Positions 28,895 through 38,635 are shown, numbered from the stretch's first letter. The stretch is 64,000 nt of DNA from an uncultured Planctomycetota bacterium (GCA_963752285.1 CAVVXN010000005.1:1728001-1792000), one strand, 5' to 3'. The notes: generated by a model not told the origin, from the sequence alone. Numbers and translations: made by a program.

Positions 28895-30037
28895 CTACTT
28901 CTTCCTCGGGAGCGGACGCTTCTTCGCGGCCTTCGACGCGGTGGACGTCCGCTTCGGGGAGGACGACTTCTTCGGCGCGGGCTTCCGTGCCGGGGGCGAC
29001 TTCTTCTTGGCCGCCTTCTTCGCGGCCTGCGCCTTCTTCTTCTGGGCCGCGGCCTTCTTCTCGGCCTGGGCCTTCCGCTTCGCCTCCGCCGCCGCCTTCT
29101 TCGCCTCCGCGGCCTTCTTGGCGTCGTGACGCTTCTTCTCGATCGCCGCCTTCTTCTCCTGCGCGGCCTTCCGCTTGGCCTCCGCCGCGGCCTTCCGCGC
29201 CTCCACCACCTTGCGGCGCGCCTCCTCGCGCTCGCGCTTCACCTTGTCCCGCGCCTCCTGCTTCTTGCGGCGCTCCTCCTCCTTCTTCTGGCGACGCGCC
29301 TCGATCACGCGGCGCGCCTCCTCCTTCTTCTTCGCGCGCTCGCGGTCGGCGACCTCCTTCGCCTTCAGGCGGACGAGCAGGTCGCAGAGCGGGTGCGAGG
29401 GATCCCAGGTCTCCTCGTGCAGGTGCGCGCTCGCGCCCGCGACCCAGGCGAAGCGGTAGCGAGCCTCGGCAGGGATCTTCCGCTCCACGATCTGGCGCAC
29501 GCGCTGCGGCGTGCTCGCGCGCGGCAGCATGCCGAGGCGGGAGAGGAGGTGCCGCTCCCGCGGGCCGAACGCGAGGCGGCCGGTCCCGATCGCGATCTGG
29601 AACACGAGCGCGGCCGGACCGCCGAGCGTGTTCGGGAGGTCCCGGACGAAGTTCCGCTGGTCTTCCGGCTCTCGGCCCCGCAACGGCTCGAGGTCGAGGC
29701 CGTGCGCCGCGTCCCAGACGTCCTGGAGCGCCATGCGCAGGTCCCAGCAGACGACGCGCACGTCCTTCCCCTCGGGCACGAAGGGCTTGACGACGGTCTC
29801 GAGCTCCTGGAGCGGCGAGCCGCGCGCCTCGTTCATGTCGATGAAGACCCGGGAGATGGCGCGCACGCACGCGCGGGCCTGGGCCTCGCCGAGGTGCCAG
29901 CCGAGCACCGCCACCATGAGGTGGTCGATGAGGGGGTCCTCCACGCGCTCGGCGAGCGCGATCGGAGGGAAGAGCGCCTCCAGCACCGACAGGGCCTCTT
30001 CGAGCGTCGGCTTCTTGGGGGACGCCTTGGCGGCCAC
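28895..30037 (-). CDS. Endonuclease III/HhH-GPD-like protein with Lys/Ala-rich histone-like C-terminal tail
   Basis: FIDMNEARGSP and degenerate HhH (DLPNTLGG...RLLSRLG-like); the last ~130 aa are K/A/E-rich. Confidence 0.65.
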   Translation of the reverse strand: MAAKASPKKPTLEEALSVLEALFPPIALAERVEDPLIDHLMVAVLGWHLGEAQARACVRAISRVFIDMNEARGSPLQELETVVKPFVPEGKDVRVVCWDLRMALQDVWDAAHGLDLEPLRGREPEDQRNFVRDLPNTLGGPAALVFQIAIGTGRLAFGPRERHLLSRLGMLPRASTPQRVRQIVERKIPAEARYRFAWVAGASAHLHEETWDPSHPLCDLLVRLKAKEVADRERAKKKEEARRVIEARRQKKEEERRKKQEARDKVKREREEARRKVVEARKAAAEAKRKAAQEKKAAIEKKRHDAKKAAEAKKAAAEAKRKAQAEKKAAAQKKKAQAAKKAAKKKSPPARKPAPKKSSSPKRTSTASKAAKKRPLPRKK

Positions 30038-30040
30038 GGA

Positions 30041-30349
30041 TCAGCCCCCGGTCTTGGCGGATCGGGAGCCCTGGCTCTTCTTCTTCCGCTTCCGGGTCGG
30101 AAGCGGGATCCCCCGCGCCCGGAGGAACGAACGGACGGTCTCGGTGACGCGCGCGCCCTGGCCCACCCAGTACTGGACGCGCTCGGCGTCGAGCTTCACC
30201 TTCGCGGTGTCGTCCGCCACGAGCGGGTCGTAGTGGCCGAGGTACTCGATGGGCGGGCCGTCGCGCCGCGTGCGCTCGTCGAAGACGCCCAGTCGGAAGT
30301 GCGGTCGGTTCCTCCGCCCCTGGCGGGACAAGCGGATGACGGTCGCCAT
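30041..30349 (-). CDS. rpsP: 30S ribosomal protein S16
   Basis: IRLSRQGRRNRPHF, RDGPPIEYLGHYDP, YWVGQGA; GAGGAG RBS. Confidence 0.97.
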   Translation of the reverse strand: MATVIRLSRQGRRNRPHFRLGVFDERTRRDGPPIEYLGHYDPLVADDTAKVKLDAERVQYWVGQGARVTETVRSFLRARGIPLPTRKRKKKSQGSRSAKTGG

Positions 30350-30410
30350 GGAACTCCTCTTCTTCGATCGGCCAGGGCCCGGGTCGGGCGGCGCCGCGAT
30401 CGTGGGCGCC

Positions 30411-31811
30411 TCAGGTCCTGAACCAGCCCTTGATGTCGATGCCTTCCTTCTTCATCTGCTTCAGGCGCTTCGCCTTCTGCCGCTTCATGGCGCGGTCCGC
30501 GACGCGCCCCATGAAGCCCATCTTCTTCAGGTCCTTCATCTGCCGCCGCATGTCCTTGTAGGTCTTGACGACCTCGTTGACGGCCGTGACGGACGTTCCG
30601 GAGCCGCGCGCGATCCGGTGGCGTCGCTGCATGTGGAGGACGGTCGGCTCGACGCGCTCCTCGGGCGTCATCGACGAGATGATCGCGCGCCAGCCCTTGA
30701 TCTTGTCGTCGTCCGGCAGCTCGCCGGCCTGGTCGGTCGGGAGGGACGCGAGCCCGGGGATCTTCTTCGCGACGTCCTTGAGGCCGCCCATCCGCTCCAC
30801 CTGGTCGAACATGAACTGCATGTCGATCATCGTGAAGCGGTCGGTGAACAGGCGCGCCGCGGTCTCCTCGGCCTTCTCCTGGTCCACGACCTCCTGGGCC
30901 TGCTCGACGAGCCCGATCACGTCGCCCATACCGAGGATGCGCCGGGCGAAGCGCTCGGGGACGAACGCCTCGATCTTGTCGAGCTTCTCGCCCACGCCGA
31001 CGTAGCGGATCGGGCGGCCCGTCACCTCGCGGATGGCGAGGATCGCGCCGCCGCGCGCGTCGCCGTCCGCCTTCGTGAGGACGAGCCCGCTCACGTCGAG
31101 CCGCTGGTTGAACTCGCGCGCGCTCGTCACCGCGTCCTGACCGAGCATCGCGTCCACGACGAGCCAGGTCTCCTGCGGCCGGACCTTGTCGCGGATGTCT
31201 TCGAGCTCGTCCATCAGCTCGGCGTCGATGTGGAGGCGACCGGCCGTGTCGAGGATCACCACGTCACAGCCGAGCTCGACCGCCTTCGCCACGCCGCGGG
31301 CGCAGATCTTCGGCGGGCGGCCGCCGTCCTCCGCGTAGACCGGAACGTCGATCTGCCGGGAGAGCACCCTCAGCTGTTCGACCGCGGCGGGGCGCTGCAC
31401 GTCGGCCGCGACGAGGAGGGGGCGCTTCCCCTCGCGCTTCCTCATCTGACGCGCGATCTTCGCGGCCGTCGTCGTCTTGCCGGTGCCCTGCAGGCCGACC
31501 ATCATGATCACGGTCGGACCGCGGTCGTTCCAGCGGACGCGCGCCGCCTCGCCTCCCAGGAGGGCGGTCATCTCGTCGAAGACCACCTTCACGAACTGGT
31601 CGGCGGGCTGGACGCCCTTCAGGCGCTCGAGGCCGACCGCCTTCTCCCGGACGCGCCCGACGAAGTCCTTGACCACGCCGAGGTTCACGTCGGCCTCGAG
31701 GAGCGCGGTGCGGACCTCCCGGATCCCCTCCTCGATGTTCTTCTCGGTCAGGCGGCCGGAGCCGAGACCCTGGAAGATGGCGGAGAAGCGCTGGGCGAGG
31801 GCGTCGAACAA
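30411..31811 (-). CDS. ffh: Signal recognition particle protein
   Basis: ALLEADV, GLQGTGKTT, DTAGR, TKADGDARGG, RILGMGD, RIARGSG; TTG start at 31811. Confidence 0.97.
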   Translation of the reverse strand: MFDALAQRFSAIFQGLGSGRLTEKNIEEGIREVRTALLEADVNLGVVKDFVGRVREKAVGLERLKGVQPADQFVKVVFDEMTALLGGEAARVRWNDRGPTVIMMVGLQGTGKTTTAAKIARQMRKREGKRPLLVAADVQRPAAVEQLRVLSRQIDVPVYAEDGGRPPKICARGVAKAVELGCDVVILDTAGRLHIDAELMDELEDIRDKVRPQETWLVVDAMLGQDAVTSAREFNQRLDVSGLVLTKADGDARGGAILAIREVTGRPIRYVGVGEKLDKIEAFVPERFARRILGMGDVIGLVEQAQEVVDQEKAEETAARLFTDRFTMIDMQFMFDQVERMGGLKDVAKKIPGLASLPTDQAGELPDDDKIKGWRAIISSMTPEERVEPTVLHMQRRHRIARGSGTSVTAVNEVVKTYKDMRRQMKDLKKMGFMGRVADRAMKRQKAKRLKQMKKEGIDIKGWFRT

Positions 31812-32055
31812 GGAGTCGGTCCGGGGGGACGGGCCCCGGGCCGAACGGGGCCGGGACCGCGGGCGAACCAGGGATTGAACCACCCCCACGCGGGGCCGGA
31901 AGAATTGGGGTGGGCGCGGAACGGAGGTCGAGAGGCAGGGGGAGCGAGGCCCGTGCGCGAGGCCCCGGCGGGACGACGGGCGCGTGGACCGCGCGGGTCC
32001 CAGCGGGGGAGCCGGGCGACGCGGCACGGGACGGCGCGCGTCCCCGGCGGGGCCT

Positions 32056-33336
32056 CTACCCCCCCGAGACGCGGCGGATACGCGCGCCGAGCCTCCCGAG
32101 CTTCTCCTCGATCCGCTCGTAGCCGCGGTCGATGTGGTAGACGCGCTCGACGAGGGTCTTCCCGCGGGCCACGAGGCCCGCGACCACGAGCGCGGCGGAC
32201 GCCCTCAGGTCCGAGGCCATGACCGGGCACCCGGAGAGGTGCTCCACCCCCTCGACGATCGCCGTCGGCCCCTCCTTTCGGATGCGCGCGCCCATGCGCT
32301 GGAGCTCGGCGACGTGGATGAAGCGCTCGGGGTAGATCTTCTCGGTGACGAAGGAGTTGCCCGAGGCGACGGCGAGCAGCGCCATGAACTGCGCCTGGAG
32401 GTCGGTGGGGAACCCCGGGTACGGAAGCGTCACGACGTCGGCGGGTCCGGGCCGCCCCGCGCCCGAGACCCGGAGCACGCCCGCGGGCAGGCGCTCCACC
32501 GTGATCCCCATCCGGTCGAGGAGCGCGAGGGGCGCCGTGAGGTGTCCCGGCTCCGCGCCTCGGACGAGAACGTCCCCTCCCGTGATGACGGCCGCCGCGA
32601 GGAGGGTGCCCGCCTCGATGCGGTCCGGGAGCACCCGCCACGTCGTGCCGCGAAGGCGCTCGACGCCCCGGATCTCGAGGGTCGGGCTCCCAATGCCCTC
32701 GATCCGGGCCCCCATCGCGCAGAGGAAGCGCGCGAGGTCGGCCACCTCGGGCTCGCACGCCGCGCTCTGGATGACCGTCGTGCCGGGCACCAGCGTGGCG
32801 GCGCACAGGACGTTGGCGGTTCCCGTGACGGTCGGCCCGAAGGGTCCGCCGAGGAAGATCTCGCGGTCCCGCTCGACCCCCATGCCGCGGCCCTCGGCGA
32901 CGATGTACCCACCCTCGACCTCGAGGTCGGCGCCGAGCGCGGCGAGCCCGGCGATGTGGAGGTCCACCGGCCGCGGCCCGATCACGCACCCGCCGGGGAA
33001 CGAGACCTCGGCCCGGCGCCGGCGCCCGAGGAGGGGGCCGAGCACCGAGATCGAGGCCCGCATCGTCTTGACCAGCTCGTAGGGCGCCCGGGCGAGATCG
33101 GCGTCCCGGACCTCCGTCTCGATCGCCCCGTCCTCGGTCCGGTGCGCCTCCACGCCGAGGGTCGAGAGGATCTCGAGCATCGTGTGGACGTCCTTCAGCC
33201 GCGGGACCCCCTCCAGGCGGCAGGCGCCCTCGGCCATCAGGGTCGCGGCCAGGATCGGCAGGGCGGCGTTCTTGGCGCCGGCCACCTCGACCTCGCCGCG
33301 GAGCGGGACGCCGCCCTCGATCTCGAAGCGGTCCAT
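32056..33336 (-). CDS. murA: UDP-N-acetylglucosamine 1-carboxyvinyltransferase
   Basis: [51 protein letters not shown]. Confidence 0.97.
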   Translation of the reverse strand: MDRFEIEGGVPLRGEVEVAGAKNAALPILAATLMAEGACRLEGVPRLKDVHTMLEILSTLGVEAHRTEDGAIETEVRDADLARAPYELVKTMRASISVLGPLLGRRRRAEVSFPGGCVIGPRPVDLHIAGLAALGADLEVEGGYIVAEGRGMGVERDREIFLGGPFGPTVTGTANVLCAATLVPGTTVIQSAACEPEVADLARFLCAMGARIEGIGSPTLEIRGVERLRGTTWRVLPDRIEAGTLLAAAVITGGDVLVRGAEPGHLTAPLALLDRMGITVERLPAGVLRVSGAGRPGPADVVTLPYPGFPTDLQAQFMALLAVASGNSFVTEKIYPERFIHVAELQRMGARIRKEGPTAIVEGVEHLSGCPVMASDLRASAALVVAGLVARGKTLVERVYHIDRGYERIEEKLGRLGARIRRVSGG

Positions 33337-33488
33337 GGGGGGTCTCTCCCGGACGTCCCCGACGTCTCGTGCGGATGCTACCCACGATCCCCGATGGGGC
33401 GTCTTGGCCCTCTGGATGCCCTGGAGGCCTCCCGCCGGCGGCGATATGCTCCGGGATTCCCCATCCGACCCCCACGCGGAGCCTGCCC

Positions 33489-34880
33489 ATGCCCCCGGCC
33501 GCGGCCACCGACCTCCCTTCGTTCCTCGACGCCCTGACGTTCGCGGCCGACGACCTGGACGAGGCCCACGTGGCCGCGCGCACGTCCCGCGCGGGCAACG
33601 AGGCCGCCAAGCGTGCGCTCCGCCAGATCCCGGTCGCGGCGGTGGGCCAGGACGCGCTGAAGCGCGCCGCCGCCGCGTACGTCCTCTCGCGCCCCGAGGA
33701 GGCGGCCCGCACCCTCCCCCAGGCCGGCGACTCGCCGCAGGCGGTCCTCCTGCGAGGCCGCGTCGCTCTCGAGCTCGGCGACCCGTCCGGGGCGACGAAC
33801 CACTTCGCGTCGCTCGTGGGCTCCTCGGTGGACGGCGCGTCGCTTCTGCTCGACCTCGCGACGGCCTCGGCGCTCGCCGGCGACAGCGCGATGGCCCACA
33901 AGGCCGCCTCGAAGCTGCCCGAGGGCGCCGACCAGTCGTACGCGGAGGGCATCGCGCTCGAGTCGGACGGCGAGTACGACGAGGCGCGCGCGAAGTACGA
34001 GGCCGCGCTTCGCAAGGAACCCGAGCACCCCCACGCCCTGTTCCGCCTCGCGCTCCGCCTCGACATGGAGGGGGAGGACGATCGGGCGATCGAGTGCTAC
34101 ACGCGGCTCTCCAAGCTCCAGCCCACGTACGTCAACGCGCTCCTCAACCTGGCGCTCCTCTACGAGGACCGCGGCCAGCTCTCCGACGCGGAATCGTGCT
34201 ACCGCCGCGTCCTCGCCGCCGACCCGCAGCACGTCCGCGCGAAGATCGGCCTGAAGGACGTCCTGTCGTCCCAGACGATGTACTTCGACGAGGACCACGA
34301 GCGTCGCGAGGACCGCCGCGCGCAGGTCCTGCGCACGCCGATCTCCGAGTTCGAGCTCTCGGTGCGGTCGCGCAACTGCCTGGCGAAGATGAACATCGAC
34401 ACGCTCGGCGACCTCGTGCGGAAGACCGAGGCGGAGCTCCTCGCGTACAAGAACTTCGGCGAGACCTCGTTGCAGGAGATCAAGGACATCCTCGCGCAGA
34501 AGGGCCTGCGCCTGGGCATGACGACCGAGGACGAAGCCCCCCTCTACTCCACCTCGCGCGCCGAGGCCGAGGCCCAGCTCGACGCCCTCTTCGGCCAGCT
34601 GGGCGCGCCCGCCGGCACGGAGGGTGACGTCGATGCCGACGACGACATCGGTCTCGACGACGCGGACCAGATGGACGACCCGCGCTCCATCCCCATCGAC
34701 GCCCTCGACCTCTCGATCCGCGCCCGCCGGTGCCTCGACAGCCTCGACATCTCCACGGTCGGGGACCTCCTCGACCGGAGCGAGGCCGACCTGCTCTCGT
34801 CGAAGAACTTCGGCGACACGTCGCTGAACGAGATCCGCCGCAAGCTCGAGCGTTTCGGTCTGTCGCTGAAGAAGGGCTGA
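33489..34880 (+). CDS. TPR-repeat protein with two RNA polymerase alpha C-terminal (alpha-CTD) domains
   Basis: TPR helices followed by [20 protein letters not shown] and [20 protein letters not shown]. Confidence 0.9.
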   Translation: MPPAAATDLPSFLDALTFAADDLDEAHVAARTSRAGNEAAKRALRQIPVAAVGQDALKRAAAAYVLSRPEEAARTLPQAGDSPQAVLLRGRVALELGDPSGATNHFASLVGSSVDGASLLLDLATASALAGDSAMAHKAASKLPEGADQSYAEGIALESDGEYDEARAKYEAALRKEPEHPHALFRLALRLDMEGEDDRAIECYTRLSKLQPTYVNALLNLALLYEDRGQLSDAESCYRRVLAADPQHVRAKIGLKDVLSSQTMYFDEDHERREDRRAQVLRTPISEFELSVRSRNCLAKMNIDTLGDLVRKTEAELLAYKNFGETSLQEIKDILAQKGLRLGMTTEDEAPLYSTSRAEAEAQLDALFGQLGAPAGTEGDVDADDDIGLDDADQMDDPRSIPIDALDLSIRARRCLDSLDISTVGDLLDRSEADLLSSKNFGDTSLNEIRRKLERFGLSLKKG

Positions 34881-34914
34881 AGCCGCCGGGCGCGCGGCCG
34901 GGCCGGCGCTCCCC

Positions 34915-35499
34915 TCAGCCGCGGAGCGCCGCGCGCACGAGGTCGGAGACCGCGGCGTCGGGCGTCTTCCCGAGCGCCGACGCGACCCGTCGGTGCGCGT
35001 CGCCGGGGTCCATCCCGAGCACCACGAGCGCCGCGACGGCGTCCCCGGCCGGGCCCTCGGGCAACGGGACGCCCCCCACGCCCGGGCCGGTCCCGCCCTT
35101 CGCGAGCACGTCGCGGAGCTCGACGACGATGCGCTCCGCGGTCTTCTTTCCGACGCCCTTGACGCGGGTGAGCGCGCGGACGTCGCCCGACGTCACCGCG
35201 TCCTTGAGCTCCCTCGGCTCGAGGCCCGACAGGAGCCCGAGTGCGATCATCGGGCCCACGCCCGTGACCTTGAGCAGTGCGCGGAACACGTCCCGCTCCC
35301 CCTCGGTCGCGAACCCGAAGAGGCGCCACTCGTCCTCGCGAACGATCAGGTGCACGAGCAGGTCCACGGCCTCGCCCGGCGCCGGCAGACGTTCGAAGGT
35401 CGAAAGCGACACGGAGAGCGCGTAGCCGAGCCCCCCCACGTCCACCACGATGCGCGTGGGATCCCGGTGGCGCATCGTCCCGTGGAGCGAGTCGAACAC
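34915..35499 (-). CDS. ruvA: Holliday junction branch migration protein RuvA
   Basis: VDVGGLGY, VREDEWRLFGF, VTGVGP, VKGVGKKTAERIVVEL; GTG start. Confidence 0.96.
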   Translation of the reverse strand: MFDSLHGTMRHRDPTRIVVDVGGLGYALSVSLSTFERLPAPGEAVDLLVHLIVREDEWRLFGFATEGERDVFRALLKVTGVGPMIALGLLSGLEPRELKDAVTSGDVRALTRVKGVGKKTAERIVVELRDVLAKGGTGPGVGGVPLPEGPAGDAVAALVVLGMDPGDAHRRVASALGKTPDAAVSDLVRAALRG

Positions 35500-35505
35500 G
35501 CGCGA

Positions 35506-35513
35506 AGTATACT
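35506..35513. promoter_or_regulatory. Palindromic AGTATACT: candidate bidirectional -10 element for ruvA and asnS
   Basis: Reads TATACT on both strands; the only AT-rich patch in the 75-bp divergent spacer. Confidence 0.55.
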
Positions 35514-35574
35514 CCGCGGCTTCCCGCCTCCCGCCGGGGCACCGCGTCCCGCGCGCCGACCGGACCACGTTCCC

Positions 35575-36873
35575 ATGCGCGACCGCACTTGGATCCACGA
35601 CCTTCGAAGGCACGTCGGCGAAGAGGTGACGGTCTACGGGTGGGTGCGCCACCGTCGCACGGCGGGCCGCCTCTCCTTCCTCGAGGTGCGTGACGGCTCC
35701 GGCGACGTCCAGGTCGTCGTGCGCGCGGGCGCCGCGAGTCCCGCGGCCTCAGAGGCGGCGGCGAAGGTCGCCCTGGAGAGCAGCGTACGCGTGCACGGCG
35801 TAGCCCAGGCGCACCCGAAGCGACCGGACGAGTGCGAGATCGACGCCCGGGACGTCGAGGTGGTCGGTCCCACGACCCTGGAGTGGCCGCTCGGAAAGAA
35901 GGACCACGGCACGGGGTTTCTCTTCGAGAACCGGCACCTCTGGCTCCGGGGGTCGAAGCCGGCCGCGGTGCTCCGCCTCCGCGCCCAGGTCATCCGCGCG
36001 CTGGTGGAGCACCTCGACGCGCTCGGGTTCGTCCGCGTGGACGCCCCGATCTTCCAGTCGGCGGCGGCCGAGGGAACCGCGACGCTCTTCCCGGTGGAGT
36101 ACTTCGACCAGAAGGTGTACCTCTCGCAGACCGGCCAGCTCCACATGGAAGCGGCCGCCCAGGCGCTCGGCCGCGTGTACTGCTTCGGGCCGACCTTTCG
36201 CGCCGAGAAGTCGAAGACCCGCCGCCATCTCACCGAGTTCTGGATGCTCGAGCCCGAGATCTCGTTCGCGAGCCTCGACGAGGTGATGGACCTCATGGAG
36301 AGCCTCGTCGGTCACGTCGTCGAGCGCGTCCTCGAGCGATCGCGGGCCGAGCTCGCCACCCTGGGCCGCGACCCGGCGCGCCTCGAGGCCGCACGCCCGC
36401 CCTTCGCCCGGATCTCCTACGACGAGGCCCTCGCCCTCCTCGAGGGGACCCCCGAGTCGATCCCGTGGGGCGAAGACTTCGGCGCGCCCCAGGAGGACGC
36501 GATCTCGAAGCGGTTCGACAAGCCGGTCCTCGTCCACCGCTTCCCGGCTCGGGTGAAGGCCTTCTACATGCGCCCCGACCCCGAACGGCCCGACGTCGCG
36601 CTCGGCTGCGACCTGATCGCCCCCGACGGCTACGGCGAGATCATCGGAGGCGGCGAGCGGAGCTCGGACCTCGCGTTCCTCGAGCGACGGATCGCCGAGG
36701 AGGGTCTGCCCCCGGAAGCGTACGCGTGGTACCTCGACCTTCGCCGCTATGGCGCCGCGCCGAGCGCCGGGTTCGGGCTGGGCCTGGAGCGGGTGGTCGC
36801 CTGGCTTGGCGGCCTCGATCACGTTCGCGAGGCCGCCCCCTTCCCCCGCACCCTCCACCGGACGGCGCCCTGA
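35575..36873 (+). CDS. asnS: Asparagine--tRNA ligase
   Basis: YLSQTGQL, FGPTFRAEKSKTRRHLTEFWMLEPE, GEIIGGGER, GFGLGLER. Confidence 0.95.
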   Translation: MRDRTWIHDLRRHVGEEVTVYGWVRHRRTAGRLSFLEVRDGSGDVQVVVRAGAASPAASEAAAKVALESSVRVHGVAQAHPKRPDECEIDARDVEVVGPTTLEWPLGKKDHGTGFLFENRHLWLRGSKPAAVLRLRAQVIRALVEHLDALGFVRVDAPIFQSAAAEGTATLFPVEYFDQKVYLSQTGQLHMEAAAQALGRVYCFGPTFRAEKSKTRRHLTEFWMLEPEISFASLDEVMDLMESLVGHVVERVLERSRAELATLGRDPARLEAARPPFARISYDEALALLEGTPESIPWGEDFGAPQEDAISKRFDKPVLVHRFPARVKAFYMRPDPERPDVALGCDLIAPDGYGEIIGGGERSSDLAFLERRIAEEGLPPEAYAWYLDLRRYGAAPSAGFGLGLERVVAWLGGLDHVREAAPFPRTLHRTAP

Positions 36874-36962
36874 GGGCCCCGTTCGCGGCCCTTCCTCCTC
36901 CTTGCGTGCGTTCGCACGCGGCGTCGTCGTCATGGCCACTCCTTGGGGCCCTCAGGGCGCCG
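36863..36962. repeat. Dispersed ~100-bp structured element (solo copy) overlapping the asnS stop codon
   Basis: Perfect 18-bp terminal inverted repeat (36863-36880 / 36945-36962). The core is nearly identical to the units at 43537-44003. Confidence 0.85.
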
Positions 36963-36985
36963 CTGGCGTACGGACGGGCTCGCGT

Positions 36986-37435
36986 GCGGGCTCGCGGGCC
37001 CGCCTTTGGCGGGGCCGCATCGCGCGGGGCGGGGCGGGGGGGCGGGCTCGCGGGCCCGCCTTTGGCGGGGCCGCATCGCGCGGGGCGGGGCGGGGGGGCG
37101 GGCTCGCGGGCCCGCCTTTGGCGGGGCCGCGTCGCGCCGGGCGGGGCGGGGGGCGGGCTCGCGGGCCCGCCTTTGGCGGGGCCGCGTCGCGGCGGGGCGG
37201 GGCGGGGGGCGGGCTCGCGGGCCCGCCTTTGGCGGGGCCGCATCGCGCCGGGCGGGGCGGGGGGGCGGGCTCGCGGGCCCGCCTTTGGCGGGGCCGCATC
37301 GCGCGGGGCGGGGCGGGGGGCGGGCTCGCGGGCCCGCCTTTGGCGGGGCCGCTTCGCGGGGGGGCGGGGCGGGGGGCGCGCTCGCGGGCCCGCCTTTGGC
37401 GGGGCCGCTTCGCGGGGGGCGGCGGGGGGGGCGGG
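36986..37435. repeat. Tandem array, 8 copies of a ~55-56-bp unit (hairpin + G-tracts)
   Basis: CTCGCGGGCCCGCCTTTGGCGGGGCCGC recurs 8 times, separated by near-identical G-rich linkers. Confidence 0.92.
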
Positions 37436-37463
37436 TAGAGTCGGGTGGGCGGTGGAGGCGTGG

Positions 37464-38486
37464 ATGAGCTCGAACGATTCGTCCCATCCCGAGGCGGCCG
37501 GGCGGATTCGTGCGCTCGAGGAGGCGGTGGCCTCGACGGTGCTCGGGCAGGACTCGGCGGTCCGGGAGGCCGTGGCCTGCCTCCTGGCGGGCGGGCACGG
37601 ACTCCTCGAGGGCGCGCCGGGGATGGGCAAGACGCTGCTCGTCCGCTCCCTCGCCGCGGCCACCGGACTCCGGTTCACCCGGATCCAGTTCACGCCGGAC
37701 CTGCTCCCCGCCGACATCACGGGGACCGAGGTGCTCGACAGCGAGGGGGTGGGTCGCACCTTCGCGTTCCGGCCCGGCCCGCTCTTCGGGCAGGTCGTGC
37801 TGGCCGACGAGGTGAACCGCGCGACGCCGCGCACCCAGTCGGCTCTGATCGAGGCGATGGCCGAGCGGGGCGTCTCGGTGGGGAACGAACGCCACCCCCT
37901 GCCCGAGCCGTTCTGCGTCCTGGCGACCCAGAACCCGATCGAGATGGAGGGCACGTTTCCGCTGCCCGAGGCGCAGCTCGACCGGTTCCTCCTGAAGATC
38001 CTGGTCCCCGCGCCGTCGGAGGCCGCCCTCGTCTCGATCCTGGAGCGGACGGACCAGCCGGAGCCCAGGCTCCCGGAACCGGCCACCACGCCCGACGACC
38101 TTCGCGCGCTGATCGAGGAGGTCCGCGCCGTGGTGGTCCCCGGCCCGCTGTACCGCCAGGTCGCCCGCTGGGTGAAGGCCACGGCCCCCTTCGGCCTCGA
38201 GGCCACCGCCGCGGCGCGCCGGGCGCTCCGGCTCGGCTCGAGCGTGCGCGGCGGCGAGGCGATCTGTCGCGTGGCGCGCGTGGCCGCCCTGCGCGAGGGG
38301 CGCGGCTACGTCACGAGCCAGGACCTCGCGTCCGCGCTGCTCCCCGCGCTTCGACACCGTCTCCTCCCCTCCTTCGAGGCCGAGGCGCGCGGACTCGTGG
38401 GAGACGCCCTCGTCTCGGACGTGCTCCACGACGTGGCGGAGCTCCCCCCCGAGGTCGAGCGCGTCCTGGCCGCCATCGAGCGCTGA
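37464..38486 (+). CDS. moxR: MoxR family AAA+ ATPase
   Basis: EGAPGMGKT, RIQFTPDLLPADITG, LADEVNRATPRTQSAL, ATQNPIEMEGTFPLPEAQLDRF. Confidence 0.93.
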   Translation: MSSNDSSHPEAAGRIRALEEAVASTVLGQDSAVREAVACLLAGGHGLLEGAPGMGKTLLVRSLAAATGLRFTRIQFTPDLLPADITGTEVLDSEGVGRTFAFRPGPLFGQVVLADEVNRATPRTQSALIEAMAERGVSVGNERHPLPEPFCVLATQNPIEMEGTFPLPEAQLDRFLLKILVPAPSEAALVSILERTDQPEPRLPEPATTPDDLRALIEEVRAVVVPGPLYRQVARWVKATAPFGLEATAAARRALRLGSSVRGGEAICRVARVAALREGRGYVTSQDLASALLPALRHRLLPSFEAEARGLVGDALVSDVLHDVAELPPEVERVLAAIER

Positions 38487-38635
38487 GCGCGGCCTCGCCG
38501 GTTGGCGGACCGGCGGCGGACTCGACGCCGCGAACGACCCGGGCCAAGGAAAGGGGCCGCGACCCGGCGGGTCGCGGCCCCAGAGATGGGGAGCGGAGGG
38601 GGGCGGTCGCGCCGCCCCTCCGCCGCCAGCGGAGG

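Noticed and set aside
31812..32055. SRP RNA or tRNA fragment upstream of ffh (GGTTCAATCCC on the minus strand)
   Set aside because: No SRP helix-8 motif with correct pairing, and no T-stem or cloverleaf around the T-loop-like sequence.
36986..37435. CRISPR array (palindromic ~28-bp repeat at regular spacing)
   Set aside because: The intervening sequences are near-identical G-runs rather than unique spacers; there is no AT-rich leader and no cas gene in the window.
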